Assembly (NCBI RefSeq): GCF_039654945.1
Contig: NW_027361869.1
Location: 7,936,001 to 8,000,000 of the forward strand
Origin: Dendrobates tinctorius
Taxonomy: Eukaryota
Length of the DNA stretch: 64,000 nucleotides
Direction: 5' to 3'
The position numbers and the translations under genes were made by a program. Below the pieces are notes generated by a model. That model was not told the origin of the DNA. It saw only the letters and a program-made list of their open reading frames with translations, and searched no databases. Position 1 is the first letter of the stretch. Every line of letters starts with the position of its first letter. Shown here in pieces: positions 12,180-25,437 of this stretch.

Positions 12180-13316
12180 TTAGGTTAATGTGTTGAGGCG
12201 ATAGACCAGTCTGAATAAATGCGTTTTCAGGGCACGCTTAAAATTGTGGGGATTGGGGACTAATCGTATTGACCTGGGAAGTGCATTCCAAAGAATTGGC
12301 GCTGCACGTGTAAAGTCATGGAGACGGGAGTGGGAGGTTCTGACTATTGAGGATGCTAACCTCAGGTCATCAGCAGAACGGAGGGCGCGGGTAGGGTGGT
12401 ATACTGAAACAAGGGAGGAGATGTAGGGTGGTGCTGAGCCATGGAAGGCTTTGTGGGTGAGGGTAAAAGGTTTATACTGAATTCTGGAGTGGATGGGTAG
12501 CCAGTGTAATGACTGGCACAAGGTAGAGGCATCGGTGTAACAATTGGTGAGGAATATAATCCTGGCTGCAGCATTCAAGACAGATTGGAGGGGGGAGAGT
12601 TTGGTAAGAGGGAGACTGATTAGAAGAGAGTTACAATAGTCGAGAGGAGAATGAATAAGGGAAACAGTAAGAGCTTTTGCAGAGTCAAAAGTAAGAAAAG
12701 GTCGAATTCTAGAAATGTTTTTGAGGTGCAGATGACAAGAGCGAGCCAGTGATCGAATGTAGGGGGCAAAGGAAAGCTCGGAATCAAGTATGACCCCAAG
12801 ACAGCGGGCCTTTTGCTGGGGAGTAATAGTGGAACCACACACAGAAATAGCAATGTTGGGTATAGGTACATTAGTAGAGGGAGGAAACATCAGGAGTTCA
12901 GTCTTTGACAGGTTCAGTTTCAGATATAGTGAGGACATGATATTAGACACAGTGTTTAGACAATCGCCGGTGTTTTCTAGAAAGGCTGGCGTGATGTCAG
13001 GAGAAGAAGCGTATAATTGGGTGTCATCAGCATAGAGATGGTACTGGAAACCAAATCTACTGATTGTTTGACCAATAGGGGCAGTGTACAAGGAGAAGAG
13101 GAGAGGGCCTAGAACCGATCCTTGGGGGACCCCAACAGTAAGGGGAAGGTGAGAGGAGGAGGAACCGGCAAAAGATACAGTAAAGGAGCAGTCAGAGAGA
13201 TAGGAGGAGAACCAGGAGAGAACGGTGTCCTTGAGGCCAATGGAACGGAGCATAGTGAGGAGGAGCTGATGATCCACAGTGTCGAATGCTGCAGAGAGAT
13301 CCAAGAGAATTAGCAT
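12180..13316 (-). pseudogene. L2 ORF2 reverse transcriptase / C-terminal segment
   Basis: [31 protein letters not shown] motifs. Confidence 0.9.
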
Positions 13317-14032
13317 GGAGTAATGACCATTTGATTTAGCTGTTAGCAGATCATTATAGACTTTAGTGAGGGCAGTTTCAGTGGAGTGTACAGAACGGAA
13401 ATCGGATTGGAGAGGGTCGAGAACAGAGTTTTCTGAGAGATAGCGGATAAGACGGGAGTGGATCAGGCGTTCCAGGAGTTTAGAGATGAAGGGAAGATTA
13501 GAGACAGGTCTATAGTTAGCGGCACAGTTTTGGTCGAGGGATGGTGTTTTAAGTAGTGGATGTTTGATGGCAAACTTAAATGTGGAGGGAAAAATACCTG
13601 AAGAGAGAGAGGTTAAATAGTTTAGTTAGGTGAGGGGTGACAGCAGGGGAAAGGGACTGGAGGAGATGTGACGGAAATGGGTCACTGGTGCAAGTAGTTG
13701 GGCGAGAAGATGCAAGGAGCCTGCTTACTTCTTCTTCTGTGACTGGTTCAAAATCAGAGAGTGAGCTAGATGCAGTGGGGGAGGGAGGACAGTGCATGGT
13801 ATGAGGTGATTGGGAGATAATTTCCTGTCGGATCTGGTCAATTTTTTCTTTGAAGTAATTGGCCAGATCGTCAGCTCGGAGCTCCGAGGTTGGGGCCTGT
13901 ACTCTTGGGTTGAGAAGAGAATGAAAAGTGTCAAAGAGACGTTTCGAGTTATTGGACAGTGAGGTGATGAGGGTGTTGAAATAGGTTTGTTTGGAGAGGT
14001 GAAGGGCAGTGTTGTATGTTCAAAGCATAAAC

Positions 14033-15484
14033 TTATAATGGATGAAATCTTCGTGTAGATTGGATTTTCTCCACAGACGTTCGGCGCACCTGGAGCACCG
14101 CTGCAGGAAACGTGTTTGGGAAACGTGTTTGCACCGTGTGCCAGGGTTGTCGCCGTCTGTGTTGTGGTGTTCTAGTTATAAGGGGTGCAAATTCATCCAG
14201 GGCACTTTGAAGTGTTTCATTGTAATGCTTCAATGCAGAATCAGGGCATGAGAGGGAGGAGATAGGGGCCAATGAAGACTGCAAGTTCTTCGTAAGTTTC
14301 TGGGTGTTAATCGCCTGTATGTTTCTATAAGTCTGGACAGTGGGGGTGACCTGAGCAGCCTGGCAGTTCTTGATAGAGAATGAAAGAAGATTGTGGTCAG
14401 AGAGCGGGAGAGGGGAGTTTGCAAAATCATCCACTGCACAAAGCCGAGAGAAGACCAAGTCGAGGGAGTTTCCGACTTCATGCGTTGGAGAATTAGTAAG
14501 CTGCGAAAGGCCAAATGAGGAGGTTAGAGATAAAAGGTGAGCAGCAGATGGTGAGAGGGGAAGAGCAATGGGAATGTTGAAATCTCCCATGATGAGGGTA
14601 GGGATGTCACAGGAGAGAAAATGTGGAAGCCAAGTGGCAAAATGATCCAGGAACTGATGGGAGGGGCCGGGAGGACGATACACCACCGCCACTCGCATGG
14701 AGAAGGGGGTGTAGAGTCTGACGGCATGGACCTCAAAAGAAGGGAAGACAAGTGAGGGTACTTGAGGGATAACCTGAAAGGTACATTTTGGTGATAGGAG
14801 CAGACCAACGCCTCCACCTGCTCTACTGTCTGATCTTGGGGTATGAGAGAAGTGTAGCCCCCCGTATGAAAGAGCAGCAGCAGCGGTAGTGTCTGACTGC
14901 TGGATCCAGGTTTCAGTAAGAGCCAGAAGGTTAAGAGAATTAGAAAGGAAGAAGTCATGGATGAAGGAGAGTTTGTTACAAACTAAGCGAGAATTCCAAA
15001 GTGCACAATTAAGAGAGACAGATGGCATGCAGGGAATATTAATAAGATTAGAGGGGTTTCTAAGTGTAGCAGTTGGGGGGTTTGACTTTCTATAACATGG
15101 GGGACCAAGGTTGGGAGCAATGTCTCCTGCGACTAGGAGGAGGATAGAAAGAGTGAGCAGATTGTTAAGTGATTTGTGAGAGCGTCTCTGATGTTGAATG
15201 GTGGGACTGACTGGATCTGTGCAATTTAACAATGTGAAAAGAGCGTGAGTGCTATACATAGGAGAGGAAAGGAGCGAGGGGCCGATATGGATGGAGTGTA
15301 GAGAGTTAATGCAAGGGCGGTGGATGTGTGTGAATGCAGCGGCCAGGATATAAATTATACAAATGCTTATGGTATATATTTGATGTGCTCCAAATGTACA
15401 GGGAGTAGATGTATATAAATGTCTTACCTGTCTCCTGCCCTGTCTAACTGCCATGCTATAACTGACAGTAGTACTTTGATTCAT
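14033..15484 (-). pseudogene. L2 ORF2 APE endonuclease segment
   Basis: LWNSR..., LALTETW, GGGVG, MGDFN, SDH motifs. Confidence 0.85.
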
Positions 15485-15514
15485 GTACTTCGATTACATG
15501 TGCATAAATGCCAC

Positions 15515-18500
15515 CACTGATCATACAACTCTGCGGGGACAGGGTGGTGGTACTGATAATACAGCTCTGCAGGGAGGAGGTGGTGGTGCTGAACATACAG
15601 CTCTGCAGGGAAAAGGTGGTGGCACTGAACATACAGCTCAGCGTGGACAAGGTGGTGGTACTAATCAGACAGCTCTACAGGGAGGAGGTGGTGGCACTGA
15701 ACATACTTGTTTGCAGTGATGAGGTAGTGGCACTGATCATACAGCTCTGCAGGGATGAGGTGGTGGCACTGAAGATACAGCTCTGCAGTGATGAGGTGGT
15801 TGCACTGATCATACAGCTCTGTGGGGAGGAGGCGGTGGCACTGATCATAAGGCTCTGCAGGGACAAGGTTGTGTCACTGATCTTACAGCTCTGTAGGGAT
15901 GAGGTGGTGGCACTGATCATACAGTTCTGCGGGGAGGAAGTGGTGGCACTGATCATACAGCTCTTCAGGAATGAGGTAGTGGCACAGATCATACAGCTCT
16001 TCAGGGAGGAGGTGGTGGCACTGATCATACAGCTCTTCAGGAATGAGGTAGTGGCACAGATCATACAGCTCTGCAGAGAGGAGGTGGTGGCACTGATTAT
16101 ACAGCTTTGCAGGGATGAGGTAGTGGCACAGATCCTACAGACCTGCAGGGACAAGGTGGTGGCACTGATCATACAGCTCTGCAGTGACAAGGTGGTGACA
16201 CTGATCATACACCTCTGCGGCGATAAGGTGGTGGTACTGATCATACAGCTCTGCAAGGACCAGGTGGTGGCACTGATCATACAGCTTTGCGGGGACAATG
16301 TGTTTGCACTGATTATACATCTCTTAAGGTATAAGTTGGAGGCACTGATCATGCGGTTCTTCAGGGATGAGGTTGTGGCACTGATCATACAGCTCTGCAG
16401 GGATGAGGTAGTGGCACAGATCATACAGCTCTTCAGGAATGAGGTAGTGGCACAGATCATACAGCTCTGCAGAGAGGAGGTGGTGGCACTGATTAAACAG
16501 CTTTGCAGGGATGAGGTAGTGGCACAGATCCTACAGACCTGCAGGGACAAGGTGGTGGCACTGATCATACAGCTCTGCAGGGACAAGGTGGTGACACTGA
16601 TCATACACCTCTGCGGCGATAAGGTGGTGGTACTGATGATACAGCTCTGCAAGGACCAGGTGGTGGCACTAATCAAACAGCTCTGCAGAGACGAGGTGGT
16701 GGCACTGATTATACAGCTCTGCAGGGAGGAGATGGTGGCACTGATCATACAGCTCTGCAGGAAGTAGGAGGTGGCACTGATTATACAGCTCTGTGTGGAT
16801 AAGATGGTGGCACTGATCATACAGCTCTGCAGGGAGGAGTTGGTGGCACAGATCACACAGCTCTGCAGGGACGAGGAGGTGGCACTGATCATGCAGCTCT
16901 ATAGGTAAGAGGTGATGTCACTGATCATACTGCTCTGCAGGGAAGAGGTGGTGACACTGATCAAACAGCTCTGCAATGACGAGGTGTTGGCACTGATCAT
17001 ACAGCTTTTCGGGGACAAAGTGGTTGCACTGATTATACATCTCTTAAGGTATAAGTTGGAGGCACTGATCATGCGGTTCTTCAGGGATGAGGTTGTGGCA
17101 CTGATCATACAGCTCTTTAGGGATGAGGTAGTGGCACAGATCATACAGCTCTGCAGAGAGGAGGTGGTGGCACTGATTATACAGCTTTGCAGGTAGGAGA
17201 TGGTGGCACTGATCATAAAGCTCTGCAGGGAGTAGGTGGTGGCACTGATCATACAGCTCTGCGGGGAGAATTTGATTGCACTGATCATACAGCTCTGCGG
17301 GGAGAATTTGATTGCACTGATCGTACAGCTCTGCTCGGACAAAGTGGTGGCACTTATGATACAGCTTTGTGGGGACAAGGTGGTGGCACTGATCATACAG
17401 CTCTGCAGTGGCTAGGTTGTGGCACTGATCATGCAGTTCTGCAGGGATGAGGTAGTGGCACAGATCATATAGCTCTGTAGGGATGAGGTAGTGGCACAGA
17501 TCATACAGCTTTGCAGGGAGGAGATCGTGGTACTGATCATAAAACTTTGCAGGGAGTAGGTGGTGGCACTGATCATACAGCTCTGCGGGGACAATTTGAT
17601 GGCACTGATCATACAGCTCTGCTCGGACAAAGTGGTGGCACTTATGATACAGCTTTGTGGGGACAAGGTGGTGGCACTGATCATACAGCTCTGCAGTGAC
17701 TAGGTTGTGGCACTGATCATGCAGTTCTGCAGGGATGAGGTGGTGGCACTGATCATACAGCTCTGCAGGGAAAATTTGGTGACACTGATCATACACCTCT
17801 GCGTCGACAAGGTGGTGGTACTGATCATACAGCTGTGCAAGGACCAGGTGGTGGCACTGATCATAAAGCTCTGCAGAGAGGAGGTGGTGGCACTGATTAT
17901 ACAGCTTTGCAGAGAGGAGATGGTGGCACTGATCTGTGGGGACAATTTGATGGCACTGATCAAACAGCTCTGCTCAGACAAAGTGGTGGCACTTATGATA
18001 CAGCTTTGCGGGGACAAGGTGGTGGCACTGAACATATAGCTCAGCGTGGACAAGGTGGTGGCTCTGATCTTAAAGCTCCACAAGGATGAGGTGTAGGTAC
18101 TAATCATACTGCTCTGCAGGGAGGAGGTGGTGGCACTGATCATACAGCTCTGCGGGGACAAGATGGTGGCACTGAACATGAAGATCTGCAGGGATGATGT
18201 GGTGGCACTGATGATACAGTTCTGCAGAGATGAGGTGGTAGCACTCCTCATACAGCTTTGCAGGGACGAGGTGGTGGCACTGATCATACAGCTTTTCATG
18301 GACAAGGTGGTGGCACTGATCAAACAGCTCTGCAAGGACGAGGTGTTGGCACTGATCATACAGCTTTGCGGGGACAATGTGGTTGCACTGATTATACATC
18401 TCTTTAGGGATAAGTTGGAGGCACTGATCATGCAGTTCTGCAGGGATGAGATAGTGGCTCAGATCATACAGCTCTGCAGGGACGAGGAGGTGGCACTGAT

Positions 18501-20268
18501 CATACACCTCTGCGGCCACAAGGTGGTGGTACTAATCATACAGCTCTGCAGTGACGAGGTCGTGGCACTGATTATGCAGTTCTGCAGGGATGATGTAGTG
18601 GCACCGATCATACAGCTCTGCAGGGATGATTCAGTAGAACAGATCATACAGCCCTGTAGGGATGAGGTGATGGCACTGATCATACAGCTCTGCAGGGAAA
18701 AGTTGGTGACACTGATCATACAGCTCTGCTCGCACAAAGTGGTGGCACTTATGATACAGCTTTGTGGGGACAAGGTGGTGGCACTGATCATGCAGTTCTG
18801 GAGGGATGAGGTAGTGACACCGATCATACAGCTCTGCAGGTATGATTCAGTAGCACAGATCATACAGCCTGCAGGGATGAGGTGGTGGCACTGATCATAC
18901 ACCTCTGCGGCGACAAGGTGGTGTTACTGATCATACAGCTCTGCAAGGACCAGGTGGTGGCACTAATCATACAGCTCTGCAGAGACAAGGTGGTGGCACT
19001 GATTATACAGCTCTGCAGGGAGGAGGTTGTCGCACTGAACATACTGGTTTGCAGGGATGTGGTGGTGGCACAGATCATACAGCTCTGCAGAGAGGAGGTG
19101 GTGGCACTGATTATACAGATTTGCAGGGAGGAGATGGTGGCACTGATCATACAGCTCTGCAGGGAGTAGGTGGTGGCACTGATAATAGAGCTCTCCCGGG
19201 ATAATTTGATGGCACTGATCATACAGCTCTGCTCGGACAAAGTGGTGGCACTTATGATACAGCTTTGTGGGGACAAGATGTTGGCACTGATCATACAGCT
19301 CTGCAGTGATGAGGTCGTGGCACTGATCATGCAGTTCTGCAGGGATGAGGTAGTGGCACCGATCATACAGCTCTGCAGGGATGTTTCAGTAGCACAGATC
19401 ATACAGCCCTGCAGGGATGAGGTGGTGGCACTGATCATACAGCTCTTCAGGGAAAAGTTGGTGACGCTGATCATACACCTCTGCGGCGACAAGGTGGTGG
19501 CACTGATTATACAGTTCTGCGGCGACAAGGTGGTGGCACTGATCACACAGGTCTGCAGGGAAAAGGTGGTGTTATTGAACATACAGCTCAGCGCGGACAA
19601 GGTGGTGGCACTGATCAGACAGCTCTACAGGGAGGAGGTTGTGGCACTAAACATACTGGTTTGCAGGGATGAGGTTGTGGCACTGATCATACAGCTCTGC
19701 AGGGAGGAGGTGGTGGCACTGATCATACAGCTCTGCAGGGAATAGGTGGTGGCACTGATCGTACAGCTCTGCTGGGACAAGATGGTGGTACTGATCATAA
19801 AGCTCTGCAGGGATGATGTAGTGGCACTGATCATACAGGTCTGCAGAGACGAGGTGGTGGCACTGATCATGCAACTTTTCGTGGACAAGGTGGTGGCACT
19901 GATCAGACAGCTTTGCGTGTACAAGGTGGTGGCACTAATCAGGTAGCCCTGAGGGGATGACGTGGTGGCACTGATCAAAAAGCTCTGCAGGGATTAGGTG
20001 GTGGCACTGATCATACAGCTCTGCAAGGAGTAGGTGGTGGCACTGATCACACAGCTTGCGTTGACAATGTGGTGGCACTGATTATACAGTTCTGCGGCGA
20101 AAAGGTGGTGGCACTGATCATACAGCTCTGCATGTAAAGGTGGTGGCACTGAACATACAGCTCTGCAGGGAAAAGGTGGTGGCACTGAACATACAGGTCA
20201 GCAGGGACGAGGTGGTGGCACTCATTATAGAACTCTGCAGGGGTGAAGTGGTGGCACTGATCATACAG
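15515..20268. repeat. 36-bp satellite array
   Basis: Same monomer, about 130 units. Confidence 0.97.
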
Positions 20269-21009
20269 GCCAAAAATGGGGGACGGGGTATGGAGTATGG
20301 CATGCGGATGGAGAGCACATTGATGCTGGAACCAGCGCGTCGCCTATCACGCTCCCCCATCAGTACATAGGTTTTCATCTGTGCTTTTTTTTTTTTAGTA
20401 ATTACAGAAAAGCAGGAGGATTTGTGGTTTATTGGCTTAATTAATTTTCTTCTGTTACATAATATTTGTTCAGTGAACCTGCGGATAATTACACTACACT
20501 AATGTGGGGTTAACCCTCTGTGTAGCTCTAGGACTTTTCACCAATGATGGCAATTAGCTCGATCTGCACGTGCCGCAATCTCCTCAGTCACTTACAGTAT
20601 TATCGGGACTCCCAGCTGTTTCTGCACTGATTACAGGGGGCTATAAGCAGCAGATGTTCTCGAGGAGCCCGATGTGAGATGAAGGTGGCGCATCTATGAA
20701 CACTGGTAAATAAGAGGGGATCAGCAGGAACAAGGCAAGTAAGAGGTTAAACAGAGGAGGAAAGGCGTCTATGTACATCGCTGAAGGCTGAGGGCGGCGC
20801 TTAACCGAGGATTCCCGCTCATTGTCTGATCGCAGGATCCGTTTGGGGATTTGAACTTCCCGCTCTTCTTCCGCCGAGGATTATTAGCGGACATCACAAT
20901 CCGGTCACACAGAGAACCGCGCAGAGTCCGGCCCTCCAGAGCCGCCATCACGGGATCGCCCTCCGGGAGGAGCAGCAGTCACTGATGTGGACAATCACCG
21001 GCCGCCATC
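20269..21009. other. Orphan copy of the H2A-downstream histone-cluster spacer
   Basis: Near-identical to 41368-42108 (which continues to the H2A 3' end) and to 30775-31515. Confidence 0.93.
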
Positions 21010-21255
21010 AGGAAAGGAAAAAAGAAAGGGAAGGGGAAAAGGGAACATATTCATATACAATATCAACAACATTAACAATAACAACATGTGGTTGACAACA
21101 TGAGCACAATCATTGCATGGGTGCACTTCAAAAAATAACGCTTCTCCATGTAATACAATTGAGCTATCTAATATGGGGTAGTAAGGCCAGGAGCCCCAAA
21201 GCAGAAGCCACCCAATTCAGTAGAGCCTAACAAAACAAAAAACTCCAGAATGTTC

Positions 21256-24200
21256 CTAAAGAGGATTGTCTTCTAAGTACCTATTCCAAGGGGCCCAAGT
21301 CGACACGAAAGCTTTATGATTATAGATTTCCCAGCTAGACAGCTCCTCTAAACGATAAATCTGATTTATTTTCGTATACCATTCTCCCAACGTGGGAGGA
21401 GCTACATCCTTCCAATGGGCAGCTATCAACTGTCTCGCCGCACTCAACATCAGTGGAAGAAGCCCATGTTTTTTTGGTAAAAAATCTTTTGACGGGCATG
21501 AAAGGAGAGCTTCCGTGGCTCCAAGATCCACCTTTATTAATCCTAATTTTTTGAGAACTAACTCAACTCCCTCCCAAAAAATTCGCAATCTAGGACATTC
21601 CCAGAATATATGCGTATGATGTCCTCTAGGATTGAGGCATCGCCAGCAATCATCATTATCCACGAGGCCTAACTGGAACAACTTAGCTGGAGTTAAATGC
21701 CACCTAGTTAATATTTTATAAGAATTCTCCTGCAAAAGTACACATCTAGAAAAACCCCTAGCATTTGACAGCATTTTAGATATTTGATCTTCTGTAAACG
21801 TGATATTAAGTTCAATTTCCCACGAATGTATAAATGAGGGTTTAGAATGTACATTCGGAGAGATGAGATGTGAGTAAATGCGGGATATAATTTTCTGCCG
21901 TGGGGATGGAAGTTTAATCATAATATCTAGCCAGGACCAATTAGATTTAGACGGGAATCTCCTTCCAAACTGTAAAAGTATGCGTTTGATGTGTTGTTTC
22001 TGGAGAAAATTTGTTGGTTGGACCGATGCCCCCTGTGGCCAAGATCCCTCCCGCAAAGTGTTATTACTATAAAAACTATTTAACGTTTCTCTAGGGAGGT
22101 TGGACCATAAATTGTATGGATCCTGAAAGTCTTGCTCTAACAAATAGGGAATTGAGCCAATCGGTGTCAATGTGGAGGGGAAAGTATCTTCCGGGAACTC
22201 TCCCATTACCAATCTTTTAATACGCAACGTAGTTGTAGTTACCTCATCCAACCTAAGAGAGGCCGGCGGCTTAGCCCTAGTCCAGAGATACGGCAAACCT
22301 CTCGGGCCCAGTAAAGCCCAGTCAACACTATCCCCCTCCTCCCTTTCAGCACAGGACACCACCTTTAACCATCTACTGAGATGGATAGCCTTATAATATA
22401 AAAGAAGGTCTGGAACCCCTAACCCTCCAAAAGAGAGAGGACGAGAAAGAAACTTATAAGGTAACCTAGCCCTTTTATTTTTCCATATAAATTTTCCAAT
22501 AAGGGATTTTAATGTTCCAAAAAATGTCAGGGGAATCCGAATCGGAACCATGTTCATGGTATATAGTATAATGGGCATTATATATGCCTTAAACACATTA
22601 ATACGACCCATCCAGGATAAAGTGGGTAAGCTATACTTCTGCATCAGGTTTTTGACCTTTTGAATTAAAGGAGTGTAATTGTCATGGAATAGGTTAGTGG
22701 GGTCTCTAGTTATCATTATTCCCAAATATCTAATAGAATTAGTAGCCCAAGAGAATGGAATCTGCGTACGAATGGTGGAGGTCTGAGAGTGAGGGAGACC
22801 AATGTTTAACACTTCAGATTTTGACAAATTGATTTTGAAATTAGAAAGGAGACCAAAATGATGAAAGGCTTGAAGAATAATTGGAAAGGCCTGGGATGGA
22901 TTGGAGATAAGGAAAAGCAAATCGTCTGCGAAAGCTAGAGTCTTAAGTGACCTCTGACCCACCGTCAACCCCTCTATACGTTGATCTTGTCTGATGCTTT
23001 GTATCAAAGTTTCTATAACTAAAATGAACAAAGAAGGCGACAAGGGGCAACCCTGTCTAGTCCCGTTGCTAATCCCAAAACTATCTGACAGGGTGCCGTT
23101 GACTCTGACCTTGGCCGTCGGTTGTGAATAAAGCGAGAGGACTGCTGTTATATATTGAGGGGGGAAGCCAAACTTAATCATTACTTGTTCCATAAACCTC
23201 CAGCTCACTCTATCGAAAGCCTTCTCAGCATCCGTCGACAAGAGCATCAAGGGCATACCCCGAGTCTTAGCAAACATTATAGACTGAATGACTTTAGTAG
23301 AATTATCCTTCCCCTCCCTGCCTCTTACAAAGCCTACTTGGTCTGCATAAATTAGCTTAGGTAAGAAATTGCTTAATCTGCCCGCTAATATTTTAGCCCA
23401 CATCTTGATATCTGCATTAAGCAGTAATATTGGTCTGTAGCTAGTGCACAGATTGGGATCTTTACCCTCCTTAGGGAGGACTGTGATGTATGCCTCCAAG
23501 GATTGTCTAGGGGGGAGCTGGCCTGCTAAATAGGAATTAAACAAAGACACTAGGTGAGGTAACAGTGGTTTTATAAACTTTTTATAATAGATAATGGGAA
23601 GACCATCTGGGCCCGGTGCCTTTCCGTTCGGAATAGTAGAAAGAATGTCTAAAATCTCTGTAGGGGTAACTGGGGCAGTCAATAAGGACTGACCTTCAAG
23701 AGTTATTTTAGGGAGATGTAACGAGGTCAAAAATTCTTTTATTTTTGCTAAGGCTGTGACTGGCTCCTGCATGCTATCAGGTGTATTTAAATTGTATAAA
23801 TTTTCATAAAAGTCTTTAAACTCCCTGGCAATATCTGCAGTCCCGAGAATTGAAGAGCCATCTAAAGCTCTAAGTTGTCTAATAAACGTCTTTTCCTTTT
23901 GTTTCTTAAGTAGGGATGTCATAAGCTTACTACTCTTATTGCCATGGAGATAAAACTTCTGTCTACTTCTCATATAAATTTTTGCTGATTTAATGTTTAA
24001 AAGGTTTTTTAATGAGGTTCTCAGATCTGACAGTTCTGACAATATTTTATTTACCTGAGATCTCTTATGTAACCTCTCGAAGGAACTGATTTGATGTAGA
24101 ATAGACACAACCTTTTTTGATCGCTCCTTTTTCAAATATGAGCCTAGGGCTATAAATTCCCCTCTCATTACTGCTTTATGAGATTCCCACACCATAGGCA

Positions 24201-25062
24201 AGGGCGGGCCTGAGTGCAAATTATTCTGAAAAAAGAAGTCAAGAGTACTTGTCAGTTTTTCAATGTGAGAATCCGAGTCCAAAAGAGTTTCATTCAGTGA
24301 CCACGACCCAGCCGGCCGTGGTAGAGTTTTTATCTCTATGTCAAGAAAAATGGGAGCGTGATCTGAGAGAGAAATGATATCTATATTAGCTTTTCTAACT
24401 AATTGGAGATTAGCTGTTTGTACCAGTAGGTAATCAATTCTGTGATAGCTATTATTCGGATGGGAATAAAAAGTATAATCTCTGCCCGAAGGAAAAAGCG
24501 TTCTCCAAGGGTCTATCAGATGCAATTTTTGTAATGAAAGGTGTAATCGTCTCAGCGCCCTCTGAGAAAGAGCCGATCTGCCCGTTGAAGTATCTAAGGC
24601 TGGGTTCAAAGATACATTAAAATCCCCTCCCACCAACAACAGACCCTCAGTAAAAAGTTCCAGAACATTCAATGTTTTACACAGCCAACCTATCTGGTTC
24701 CTATTTGGGGCATATAAGTTACACAAGGTAATCTTAGTGTTAGCCAAAAAGCCCTTAATTATAATGTACCTGCCTTCTGAATCAGATAAACAATCGCTCA
24801 AAATAAAAGGAACATTTTTCTTTATAGCAATACTCACTCCACCCGACGCTGAACCGCCCGTACTGTGATACCAGGTCGGGTAGCGAGATCTAGACATATC
24901 TGGGACTCTCCCTTTTTTAAAATGTGTCTCCTGCAGGAAAACTATACTAGATTTCTTTGAGTGCAAAAGATTCATCACTTGGCTTCTCTTATTCGGAGAG
25001 CGTAAGCCCTTTACATTATACGAGGCCACAGTTATAGTGGCTAAGTTCACCTTATCACCCAT
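21256..25062 (-). CDS. L1 ORF2p (APE endonuclease, RT, C-terminal zinc knuckle), 1268 aa
   Basis: SYNVKGL, LQETH, GGDFN, SDH; GKAPGPDG, DAEKAFD, GTRQGCPLSP, FADD; CWRC...HIFWEC. Confidence 0.96.
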   Translation of the reverse strand: MGDKVNLATITVASYNVKGLRSPNKRSQVMNLLHSKKSSIVFLQETHFKKGRVPDMSRSRYPTWYHSTGGSASGGVSIAIKKNVPFILSDCLSDSEGRYIIIKGFLANTKITLCNLYAPNRNQIGWLCKTLNVLELFTEGLLLVGGDFNVSLNPALDTSTGRSALSQRALRRLHLSLQKLHLIDPWRTLFPSGRDYTFYSHPNNSYHRIDYLLVQTANLQLVRKANIDIISLSDHAPIFLDIEIKTLPRPAGSWSLNETLLDSDSHIEKLTSTLDFFFQNNLHSGPPLPMVWESHKAVMRGEFIALGSYLKKERSKKVVSILHQISSFERLHKRSQVNKILSELSDLRTSLKNLLNIKSAKIYMRSRQKFYLHGNKSSKLMTSLLKKQKEKTFIRQLRALDGSSILGTADIAREFKDFYENLYNLNTPDSMQEPVTALAKIKEFLTSLHLPKITLEGQSLLTAPVTPTEILDILSTIPNGKAPGPDGLPIIYYKKFIKPLLPHLVSLFNSYLAGQLPPRQSLEAYITVLPKEGKDPNLCTSYRPILLLNADIKMWAKILAGRLSNFLPKLIYADQVGFVRGREGKDNSTKVIQSIMFAKTRGMPLMLLSTDAEKAFDRVSWRFMEQVMIKFGFPPQYITAVLSLYSQPTAKVRVNGTLSDSFGISNGTRQGCPLSPSLFILVIETLIQSIRQDQRIEGLTVGQRSLKTLAFADDLLFLISNPSQAFPIILQAFHHFGLLSNFKINLSKSEVLNIGLPHSQTSTIRTQIPFSWATNSIRYLGIMITRDPTNLFHDNYTPLIQKVKNLMQKYSLPTLSWMGRINVFKAYIMPIILYTMNMVPIRIPLTFFGTLKSLIGKFIWKNKRARLPYKFLSRPLSFGGLGVPDLLLYYKAIHLSRWLKVVSCAEREEGDSVDWALLGPRGLPYLWTRAKPPASLRLDEVTTTTLRIKRLVMGEFPEDTFPSTLTPIGSIPYLLEQDFQDPYNLWSNLPRETLNSFYSNNTLREGSWPQGASVQPTNFLQKQHIKRILLQFGRRFPSKSNWSWLDIMIKLPSPRQKIISRIYSHLISPNVHSKPSFIHSWEIELNITFTEDQISKMLSNARGFSRCVLLQENSYKILTRWHLTPAKLFQLGLVDNDDCWRCLNPRGHHTHIFWECPRLRIFWEGVELVLKKLGLIKVDLGATEALLSCPSKDFLPKKHGLLPLMLSAARQLIAAHWKDVAPPTLGEWYTKINQIYRLEELSSWEIYNHKAFVSTWAPWNRYLEDNPL

Positions 25063-25437
25063 TATTTGTTAAAGAAGGTAATAAAAAGGATTCCTCCGTC
25101 ATCAAACCACAGAAATTAAAAGAAAAAAACAAAGAGATAAGAAAAATAACAAAAAACCTAAAAATTATTAAGATAAAACATGAGAAATACAACAAGAACC
25201 AACTACCTGTCTATGGCAGAGGCAGGGGGTCAAAAATACCTCCTATAACAGAACAGGAAAAAACATTTCTGACACACGAGTGGCACATGTTAACTTATAC
25301 GGCAATTGAATGATATCAACACCTGAATAAATGTCAAACTTAGCAAGCTAAAATAGGATAAAGCATGTCCGAACGGGCCGAGGGGTCCGGCTCCAGTGTG
25401 GAAAAAACAAATACAACCGGGAGAAGCACAAGAAAGC

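Larger units (their letters stand above)
11813..15514 (-). mobile_element. L2-clade LINE, near full-length, ORF2 disrupted
   Basis: (TAA)n tail at 11813-11836, candidate TSD CACTGAT (11806-11812, 15515-15521), APE endonuclease then RT in several frames. Confidence 0.92.
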